Of a DNA stretch of 62,007 bases, positions 19,393 to 29,000 are shown one piece after another. Both the position numbers and the translations under genes were made by a program. The notes beneath the pieces were generated by a model. It saw only the letters and a list, made by a program, of their open reading frames with translations. It did no database searches and was not told the DNA's origin. The stretch is from a virus. Taxonomy: Duplodnaviria > Caudoviricetes. The DNA lies in IMG/VR virus record IMGVR_UViG_3300046323_000511, positions 1 to 62,007 of that record; one strand, written 5' to 3'. How positions within the stretch are numbered: the stretch's first letter is position 1; every line of letters starts with the position of its first letter.

Positions 19393-19907
19393 ACTAATTG
19401 TAGTCGAATAAAAAAATATTATTGGATATTTTTGCTTACTCCTGAGTGAATGTAGCGGATGTTTAAATGACCACGGGTGGTAGGCCTAGGGAAATCGAAA
19501 AATCTGTACCCGGGTGGATGGTAAAAAACTCCATAATTTTAAGCTGTTTTTTTATCTTACATTATACAAACAAATATAAGTTAAATCACAAAAAGCTATA
19601 TTACAGATAGTTAAAAGCTAAATTAATTTACTGCTTAGTTATTACCTTAGTCATTTGTATAGATAGCAGGGTAAAACATAATTATCTGGATTGATAAAAA
19701 TTAATTATCTGCTAAGTTGTTTTTGTTGGTCTGTCTGCGTCTATGTATTAGATAATATATAAGAGATTGAATAGAATATATAAGAGATGCAAAAAAGAAT
19801 GTAATAAAGTATAAATTAATCATATATCTGAATAAAGATAGATTAAAGCTATTATAATTAGCTATTCTATTAATTATAATGTTGTTGTATATTTATTTAT
19901 ACATTTA

Positions 19908-19933
19908 TGTAACTTTTGTATAATTGTTTGCGT
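19908..19933 (+). promoter_or_regulatory. AAC-N17-CGT promoter-like repeat, copy 1 of 6
   Basis: TGTAAC ttttgtataattgtttg CGT; other copies have AAC at 20466, 21011, 21847, 22291, 22641. Confidence 0.7.
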
Positions 19934-19977
19934 TAATGTATTTGAAAATAAATAATAACAATTAAATAAATAAAAGT

Positions 19978-20379
19978 ATGAATGATTTAGAATTAAGAAA
20001 TGAATTAAAAAATGAGTTTTCAGGTATTCAAGAAATTGAAGAGTATTTAGAGTTGATAAATTATATTAGACTTGAAAACGAGGCGCACGAATTTTTAACA
20101 CATATTGAAAATGAAACAGATAATTTTTATACAAAGGATGGTAATTATTTGTTTGTGCATTCGGATAATATAGAAGAGTATGCTCTTGAAGTTGCGACAG
20201 AATTAATAAATGAAATTTATATCACTGCGGACTTGGAAAAATCTTTTTTATTTAGTTTTATTGATGTTCCTGCTGCGGCTCAATTTCTTATTGATAGTGA
20301 TGGATACGGGGTTTTACTTGCCGGATATGATCACAATGAAAACAAAATAGGAGACTATTATTATTTTCGTGTAAATTAA
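19978..20379 (+). CDS. Acidic early protein, possible anti-restriction (ArdA/DNA-mimic-like)
   Basis: Very Asp/Glu-rich; C-terminal FIDVPAAAQFLIDSDGYG..AGYDHNE..YYYFRVN; function inferred. Confidence 0.55.
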   Translation: MNDLELRNELKNEFSGIQEIEEYLELINYIRLENEAHEFLTHIENETDNFYTKDGNYLFVHSDNIEEYALEVATELINEIYITADLEKSFLFSFIDVPAAAQFLIDSDGYGVLLAGYDHNENKIGDYYYFRVN

Positions 20380-20397
20380 TCATCTAGTTATTTTATT

Positions 20398-20434
20398 AAA
20401 AGACCTGAGTACAAATGTATTCAGGTCTTTTTTT
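20398..20434 (+). terminator. Intrinsic terminator
   Basis: AAAAGACCTGA-loop-TCAGGTCTTTT followed by T run. Confidence 0.8.
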
Positions 20435-20524
20435 TATATCTTAGAATTAATATATACATTTATGTAACTTTTGTATAATTGTTGTCGTTATATATGTATT
20501 ATCAAACAATTAAATAAATAAAAA

Positions 20525-20830
20525 ATGGATTATTATAATTTGCCTTATTATCATATCATTGAAATATCTTTCCTAGGGTGTACAAATTATTTGGGGCCTA
20601 GAATTAGAATCAAATCTGAAAGATTTGAACAATCTATAATTATTGACTATTCTCACGAACAAGCAGACATTCGGCATGATGCAATCAAATGGCTGGAAAG
20701 TAAAGGATTTGAGATTGTTGGCGCTGGTGAAATTAAAAACGGTTTTGCACTTATGAGCGTAACGTTTGAGCCTTTAAAACCTGTAAAATTTTACGGCAAA
20801 GAATTAGCTGATAAACTAGAAAAAAAATAA
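20525..20830 (+). CDS. Hypothetical early protein
   Basis: 101 aa with own promoter repeat and terminator; FLGCTNYLGPRIRI motif. Confidence 0.8.
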   Translation: MDYYNLPYYHIIEISFLGCTNYLGPRIRIKSERFEQSIIIDYSHEQADIRHDAIKWLESKGFEIVGAGEIKNGFALMSVTFEPLKPVKFYGKELADKLEKK

Positions 20831-20855
20831 AAATCCTCCCTCCTATTTAAAGTTA

Positions 20856-20883
20856 AACCATCTTATTTGAGATGGTTTTTTTT
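20856..20883 (+). terminator. Intrinsic terminator
   Basis: AAACCATCTT-AT-TTGAGATGGTTT plus T run. Confidence 0.8.
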
Positions 20884-21078
20884 ATTGTTTTAAGTCCTCT
20901 CTAAACAACGAAATTAAAACCCGGTATCATAAAGGTTTTTTGCTTGCATTCTCTGTATATGCTTTAAAATGCTTCTTTATGTGTCTTTAAAATATAATAT
21001 ACAATTATGTAACTTTTGTATCTTTGTTGTCGTTTATAAATATGTAAGTAAATAAATAACAATTAAATAAACAATTAC

Positions 21079-21573
21079 ATGAAATTATTGAAAAATTCAA
21101 ATTTATTTCTTTTTGGACGTGGAAGAGATGTAAACGGCAATACAATTGTAAAACTTAAATTTAATTTCCCTAATGAAAGAGGTTTTAGTATTCAATTGGG
21201 CGGTGGTGCGTTGCAAAACACAGATTATTTATTAAGGGGTTTAAATGATAAAACTTTACCCGAATATCTTGAACTAATGAAAGAAAGTGATTTAAACACA
21301 TTAAGCAAAGAAATTATTTCTTATATTGAAAAATATGGGTCTAAAAAACAAAAAAGTAAATTAGTTGTTTTGCAGGAAAAGCAAAATAAGTATTTATATG
21401 AAAAAGTTATTCAACTTAATTGTGGGTATCGTTGGGATGACGTAGAAACATTTCAAACTGATTCCACCTATTGGATCCAGGATGAGGCAGAAAGAAAAGA
21501 AATTAAAAGACTTCCTGCGGAATATAGATTGCTTGGCTCTGTAAGGATAATAAGGCGCAAAACATTGAGATAA
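21079..21573 (+). CDS. Hypothetical early protein
   Basis: 164 aa with own promoter repeat and terminator at 21591-21620. Confidence 0.8.
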   Translation: MKLLKNSNLFLFGRGRDVNGNTIVKLKFNFPNERGFSIQLGGGALQNTDYLLRGLNDKTLPEYLELMKESDLNTLSKEIISYIEKYGSKKQKSKLVVLQEKQNKYLYEKVIQLNCGYRWDDVETFQTDSTYWIQDEAERKEIKRLPAEYRLLGSVRIIRRKTLR

Positions 21574-21904
21574 AACGCCAAACTAAAATTAAAACCCTGT
21601 CCGTATGGATAGGGTTTTTTATTATTTTAAAGCATTTGTAATGAGCGAAATCAAAACCTAGTATAATATCAGGGCATTTTGTTTGCAGTTTCTGTATAGG
21701 CTTTAAAATGCTTTTCCGGGCATACTATAAAAATAACCATCAACCAAAATTTTAAAACCCATCTCGTATCTGGATGGTTTTTTTATGCCCAAATTTAAGC
21801 CTGTTTAATTGTTTTTAATAGTCCGCAAATAAGTAAACATTTAAGAAACAATTGTATATTTTAGTTCGTTTAATAAGTATTATCAAACAATTAAATATAA
21901 TAAT

Positions 21905-22192
21905 ATGAATATTAAAACACTTTCAGGACATTTAACAGCGAATGACAAGAAATCAATAAAGATACTGTTAAATTTAGGTTTATCGGATGGGAGAAACGGC
22001 AAAGGGACATATTTTTTAACTAAGAATGCAGATTTTTATACAGTAAAGAAATGTATAAAAGATAGGGGTTTAATTCCCGTCTCCGGGTCTTCTCTTCGTA
22101 TTTCTACGTATATTAGTACATTTGTAGTTATTAGATCTAAAAAATACGCCACAAACATTAAAAAAGATATTAATCAAATAGATTTATTCTAA
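21905..22192 (+). CDS. Hypothetical early protein
   Basis: 95 aa with own promoter repeat and terminator at 22212-22242. Confidence 0.75.
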   Translation: MNIKTLSGHLTANDKKSIKILLNLGLSDGRNGKGTYFLTKNADFYTVKKCIKDRGLIPVSGSSLRISTYISTFVVIRSKKYATNIKKDINQIDLF

Positions 22193-22351
22193 TAGTCCGC
22201 AAACCAATTTCAAAACCATTCCATCTCTGGAATGGTTTTTTTATGCCCAAAATTGTTCTTAGCAGTCCGCAAATAAGTAAACATTAATACAACTTTTGTA
22301 TCTTTATTTACGTTTATAAATATGTAAGTAAACAATTAAATAATTAAAAAA

Positions 22352-22549
22352 ATGGGATTACATCTGGACATCAAAAACCTGAAAAGTAGAATTTCTTACA
22401 AAGTAAAAAAAGCGTGTACCGCAAGACAAAATCATTTTGATAGCATTGCAAGGGAATTAGGATATGCAGATAGTAATATTGCATACAATCATCTGGGAAA
22501 AGCGTTTATTGAAAAAGCAAAAATCAATGCACCTTCAATAAAACTTTAG
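22352..22549 (+). CDS. Hypothetical early protein
   Basis: 65 aa with own promoter repeat and terminator at 22558-22589. Confidence 0.75.
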   Translation: MGLHLDIKNLKSRISYKVKKACTARQNHFDSIARELGYADSNIAYNHLGKAFIEKAKINAPSIKL

Positions 22550-22699
22550 CAGTCCGCAAAAAACCTTCTCATCTCTGAGAAGGTTTTTTATACATAAATT
22601 TATTCTTAGCAGTCCGCAAAATAAAACTATACATTATTGAAACAATTGTATATTTATTTGCGTATATTAATATGTAAGTGAACAATTAAATAATATAAT

Positions 22700-22939
22700 A
22701 TGCAAAATATTAAAGAATTAGATTCGCAAAAAAAAATGTTAAGTATTGAAGTTGACAAATTAGTAGCAATCAAAAAAAGGCTTTATTCAAATATGGATAT
22801 AGAAAGTCCTATGAGTATTGATGAAAAAGAATTAAACAAAAAAATTTATCAATTGTATTCTGAAATCTTTCAGATAATAAAACAAAAAAGGAATATTTTA
22901 AAAGCAGAAAAAGCAGAAATTAAAGAAATAGTAATGTAG
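22700..22939 (+). CDS. Hypothetical early coiled-coil protein
   Basis: 79 aa with own promoter repeat. Confidence 0.75.
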   Translation: MQNIKELDSQKKMLSIEVDKLVAIKKRLYSNMDIESPMSIDEKELNKKIYQLYSEIFQIIKQKRNILKAEKAEIKEIVM

Positions 22940-23011
22940 AAAAAAAACAGTATTGTTTATTTTAGCAGTCCGCAAAATAAAGCTGTTTCGGTGGGATTGA
23001 AACCCACAAAT

Positions 23012-23045
23012 AAAAAAACCTTCTCATTTCTGAGAAGGTTTTTTT
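23012..23045. terminator. Bidirectional terminator between convergent units
   Basis: A7-CCTTCTCA-ttt(c)-TGAGAAGG-T7. Confidence 0.8.
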
Positions 23046-26000
23046 ATTTGTATAATCTTGGCTTTTCCTAGCTTCTTTAACTCCATATCTATCTTTGTCC
23101 GCTCTGCTCCTAGTGAAATTGCATTGGAATACAATTTCTGGGCAAGTTTTATATTCTCAGCATAGTTCTTGTCTATAATTTCTACTTCCTTGGTGTTTTT
23201 ATTCTTGTCCGCTATTTTCTTGCTGTATGCAAGTTCATTCAAGTTCTCCTGTATTTTCTTAATTTCAAATTTAAAAACTGATTCTACATTAAGTGCGCTT
23301 ACTCTTGCACCTGTCAGGTTGGCAAGTATCTCATCATTCAAATTATATTTCCGGTATCCCTCTTCTATCCCGTATATGGCTTTATAGATTTTCTCCGTAT
23401 CCTTAATAGTTTTGGGAGTGAATGCCGGGATTAGGTGGAATAAAATTTTGGAAGTCTTTGTGCCTGCATCATCATAATTATTATACACTTTCTTACTGCT
23501 ATTGATGGTTTTGTTCTGAAGTGTTTCAAAAACTTTATTGGCAAGTATCTCTGTTTTCAGGAATGGTGCAAAAATTTCCTTTGCAATCTCCAATGACAAT
23601 TCCTGTACTCTTTCTTCATCATCCAAATTGCCTCTTAGTCCGGCTCTGAAAACCATTTCCAAGGGCCTGGTTGGATACTGAAAAGCGTTGAATCTACCTA
23701 TGTCCAAATATCTGTATTCTCCTTTGGTTTGACCAAGTATTAGGATTGTATTGGTCTTACTCCATTCCGGGATGAAACTTCTCAGCTTCTCTTCTTTCTC
23801 TTCATCAAAACCGTTTCGCATATTATTCACCAAATAAGCAATTGCGCTTGGGAGTGTGGTTGCTGTCAAAACTCCTGCAAGTCTTTGAACTCCTAGTGTC
23901 CGCCTAGATGGTGTTTTTATTTCCTGTATTGCAAGATTTATTGCATTGATATAGTTCCGTATACTTTCGTATGTAAACGAAATGAACGGTGCAATGAATG
24001 GGCTTTTTGAAAGTTCCCTTATCCCGGTTGGAATTTCGCTGTAATTGGGTGTTACTTGCTTAATCACCTTGGCTGCCTGCACCTTGGCAAGCTCCTCTAT
24101 TTCCTGTTTATTTAGGACTGGAAATTCCTTTTTGTAGATTTTAACATACCTTGCCTTTTCATTCTCCCATGCAAGTATTTTTAAAATCAAGTCCTCTTTC
24201 TCGTATAGCTTAATAATCTTATTTGGCAGATCAATTGTCAGGTAATTTTTCAGCCTGCTATACTTTTTGGTTTGCTCGTCTAAGATATTGTCAAGCGTAT
24301 AATCTTGGTAGATATTCATAACTTCCTTGAATACGCTTGCGTCTAAGCCTTCTTTTGCTATTCCGTATCTAAGTAATTCCTTGTAGTATTCCTGAGAAGC
24401 AGTTGAATTTTGACTGAATGCAATTCCTAGTTTTTTGATTTTAGAAAAGTCTACGTATCCATTTAAAGTCACATAGCTTATGTTTCCCAACATATTTACT
24501 AGGTGTGTCGTGTGCGAAAATACTGTTGTCGCTGTATTTACTTTGTTTGTGGCTTTTACGAACCAAGAAAGTGCCTGTACTGTCAGATTTGTAGATTTGC
24601 TTATATCCTCGTTTTTAGAGTAATTACTCATCACTTCTTTCATCTCTGGTGTCATATAGACCTCATTTAAGGGGTCTGTACTATCTGAGGATCCTATCTT
24701 TACATAATATTCTCCCTCTGGGGCCTCTTTTAGGTAGCCTTCTTTTAATCCGTTTTCTTTCACGGATACCAGGAATTTATGTTTTTCAATCAGGTTCACC
24801 ATTTTCACGATTGACTTTGAATAATTAATGAATGGCTCTGTGTATTCTCCCATCAACTGGCGTATCACTAGGGCAATATCTCCCCTATTCTTCAATATAT
24901 TCAGGTCTTTGCTTCCTAACTTACTTCCTTTTACAATTGCTTCGGGTACATCGTTTGATGGATTAAGTGCAATATTTATGTAGGCGTTTGCTAAATCCTC
25001 GCTCGGGTTTAGGTATTTATCTGCCTCGGCTATAATTTTGGCTTTTCTGGTATTATCTACAATCTTGTCGGCTTTCAGTAGCATCCTCTCCCCTTTCTGC
25101 TTCAGTTGGGCTTCAATAAATATATAAGCATTCCTTATTAGTCCCGGATTTGTTTGCCTTATTTTATCGGCATAACCTTTTACATCATATATCTTGTATG
25201 ATCTAGTCAGGTATTTACCAATATTTGATTTTATCTTGTCTTCATTGGCTTTTGATACTATCTCGTTATCTAGTATATCTTTAGACAGCGCATCAACTTG
25301 GCTTCGCATTTTCTGTGCTACTGGAATAAGTTTAGCGAATGATAGCGTATCTGTCTCCCCTGTCAGGAATGATTGCAATTCACTCATCAACTTTGATTTA
25401 CTGGGGCCGTCTACGATTTTCTGTGCTTCCGCAATTGATAGGTCGCTTTCGCCTAGGATTGTGTTGCTTGATCGAATTATTATTTCTAGTTTTAAAATTT
25501 GTGCTTTTGCCTGTGCTAAATTGGCTTTAGCTATGTCATAAGCTAGTTTAGCATCCTCGATCAACTTATTGGATTCATTAAGAATTTCATCTCTGGTTTC
25601 GTCTGTTATTTTTTTATTCTCCTTCAGTATCCTTCCTATCTCTTTCTGCTTTGCCTTTTTTTCTTCTACCAATAGGTCGTTTGTATTATACTTTGATAGC
25701 AGTCCACGGTAAGCATCTGTCATTTGTGGCATATTTAGCAACCATTCTTTTGCTGTCTGTCCGGGTTTCCTTTTTGCGAAACCTGTAATTGTGGTTGCAA
25801 TCGTTTCCATTTCTTGAAGAATTTTGCCGTTTTCTTTGGCTGCGTTCCTATATCTTACTAGATTCACTTCCTTTGTTAGGGATTTTAATCTGGTTTGATT
25901 CGTGTTGAATACTGGATTTTGGCTTATCAAGGCTGCCACCATTTTTGCTAGGATATTAGGGTTTCTTTTTCTTACGTCCTCCCTCCTATCAGCCTTTATG

Positions 26001-29000
26001 TTTTCTATTTCAATCGTTAATGTTGCTATATCGTTGATATATGATTGATACAATGCTTCAGACTGTTCAAACTCTTTTTGTAGATTTAGCAACCTCTCCG
26101 CTTTCTTGAAAAGTATCATATCCTCAGCCTTGTCGTCTGGGATTTCTTTGATTGTTTTTTCAAAAAGCCTTCTTGTATAGTCAAGTTCCTGTAATTCCAC
26201 ATTGATATTCCTTTGCATCTGCCTGTTAAGTTCAAACACATTCGGATTCAATATACCGGATCCGATTACTCCCCTCTTGGAAAAAAGTGGTGCAACATAT
26301 TTTTTATAGAATTGCGTATTTAATAGCCATTGCACCTGCTTTGAATTGAATCCAATCCCATTCAGGTATATTTCTTCTTGGTTGTTTACCTTGTCTACTT
26401 TTTTCTTCTTACTACTTGTGTTATAGAAAGTTTTGATGTATGATTTTAACTTCTCTGCTTGCTCTTCAGATAAATTATTATCCTCCGCAAAATCGTTCAC
26501 CTTCTCTTCTATGATTATATCATTCACCTTGGTTTCGTTGGCAAGCGAATAAAACCCGGATTTCTCCATCTCGGCAAGAAAATTTGCACTCTCCTTATCG
26601 AAATTTATCTTGGCTGCAGCTTTTATCATTGAATCCGTGTTCTCTGGTTCTTCCAGCAACTTTTCAAATTCCTTTTCTAGTGCTAGGATTTCTTCTTCGG
26701 AGAAAATTTCTTCCGTGCCTTGTTTTGGCTCTTCTGTTTTTTCTTCCTCTGGAAGCTCTTGTGTTTCCTGAACGGTGTTTTCGGGAACATATTCTACTTG
26801 GTTTTGAGCGCCATCTTGGCCATCAGGGATAATAGTTTCCTGAGATTCTGCAAGTTCCCCTTGGCTTGTTTCGGTGGTGTTTGATTCGCTTTCATTTATT
26901 TGATTTTTTAAATTACTTAAATTGTTTACTATTTTACTAATTACTGCTTTATCGTAATTTAGGCTATTGAATATCTGCCTTATCTTCTCTGTCCCTAGAA
27001 GCTGGCCTATCTCGAAAATTGAATCCTCGTCTAGGTTTCCGTTTTCGTCTGTATTCTGTTCTATGATTTCGATTAGTTCTGGAAACTTCTTGAATATATT
27101 TTCCAGTTCTTTTACAGTCAGTTTGTCTGTGAATTTTTGAAATTCTAGGTATTCTCCTTCGATTTCCGATACCACATTGTCGGCTTCTTTGGTTGTTAAA
27201 TCTTTTCCCGTTATTCTTTGATACTCGTTTTTTAATTCCTGTATTTCTGAATCGTTTTTTTTGCCTATAAATCCTTTCTCTTCATTATCAATAAAATCCA
27301 CAATGTCTTGTGGTGTTACTTCTTGGCTGTTATTTATTTTCTCGGTGGCGTTTATTTCCATCGCAAGCCTATCTATTGGCATACCCTTGGCAGAAAAATA
27401 TTTCAGGAATTTTGTGTTACCTCTGCCCATGGTGTTTGCTTGTCCTGCCATTCCTTTGTAGTCCTTCAGTTTGATTTTCCATCTTAAAAGATACTGCCTA
27501 ATCAAGTCGTCCTTGTAATCAGGCTGGCTTTGTTCCTCCAAGTCCTTAAACCTGTTAACGATTAGCATTTTTGCTGCCTGAACTTGTTCTGGGGTACTAT
27601 CTTTTGATACGCTACTTGTGATTTCTGGGATATTCCTAATCTCCTCGAATTCGGGGGAATTAGAAATATCGCTTTCTAGTATCGCTGTTTCCTTCTTTAC
27701 TGGCTTTGCTGTATCTCTTTGCGGTTTATTGACCAATTCTATTGGCAGGCCTGGATCCGTAGCCTGTACTATTGTTTCTTGTGCGCCTTCTCTTATTGTT
27801 GCCGTATTGTCTGGTATCTCTGTGTTTTGTTGTTCTGGTATCTCTGTTGTTTCCTGAACGGTGGTGTTTTGTGTGTCAATTGTATTTGTTTCCGTGGTGT
27901 TCACGACACTTATGTCGTTAACATTTTCTGGCTCTGCTAAGACTTCTTCTCTGGCACTTACTTGTTCTGGACTTGTCTGGGTATAGCTTGGCTTGTAGCT
28001 AGAAACATTTTCCGAAAATTTTATGTCAAATACCTTTTGAATATCCTCATTAATCTTTGTCAGTTGTTCTTTAGCCTGTGTCTGTACTTGTTCAATTGCA
28101 TCTGGGTTGTTGGCAATTGATTCAAAGTGAATTTTTTCCGCAATCAGGTTTACAATTTCTTGTTTCTGTCCCTCGGGTAGGGTAGGAGGGAGGCTTTCTA
28201 GTTTCTTGGCTAGAATGGGTATTGTTGTATTGAGTGCATCAAATCTCACTTGGGATATTTGATTTGTATCTAGCATATTTCTCAATATTGGTTCAAAGGT
28301 ATTCCAATCCCTTGCGGCACTATACAACGCACTTTTTTCTAGCATATTCTGGGAACTTCGGATGGTTCTAGCACCCATTGTAGCTATTGGAAGTGTTGCT
28401 AGGTTGGTAAGGATTAAGGTTTCTTTTACCTTATCAAGACTTATTTCCTCATCTAGTTTTCCGCCTGTCAGGGAATTGGTGGTGGCGTTGCCTAGGCTGG
28501 TTACGAATAATTCGGAGATGGCTTGCATATTCTCTTCTGAAAGTTCTTTACCTATACCTTTCAAGGATTCTTTGATTGCTGTATTTGTGTTCACACCTTT
28601 TATAACCATTCTTGAATAATTCTTGGTGGCTGTGATAATATCTTCTGGCTTGAATACTAGCTTGTTTGGGCTTATATTTTCTAGCATTCCTAGTGCTAGC
28701 CCCATTCCTAGTCCGTATCGGCTGGCTTCGGTTTCATTCAATCCACTTGATTTTGCCATTTCCCTGAGATCATTGTACTGCATCACAAATCCTGCGCTTG
28801 TTAGACCTCCGAAATTGGCAACTTTCTGGCTTAACCCTAAAAACTTGAATCCATTACTTATATATCCTGCACCTCCCACAACTGCAAGTGTTCCTGTCAG
28901 GGCTTGGGCTGTTTTATCAATCAGGTTTTCTGCGGAAATATCTGAGAAATTCCCCTTCCTTATCTCTGGCTTATCCTCGGATGCCTTGTATTTGTCTATC

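Noticed and set aside
19895-23045. CRISPR array interpretation of the regularly recurring repeats
   Set aside because: Repeats are degenerate promoter, terminator and 10-nt box motifs separated by whole ORFs of variable length, not by 30-40 nt spacers; no cas genes.
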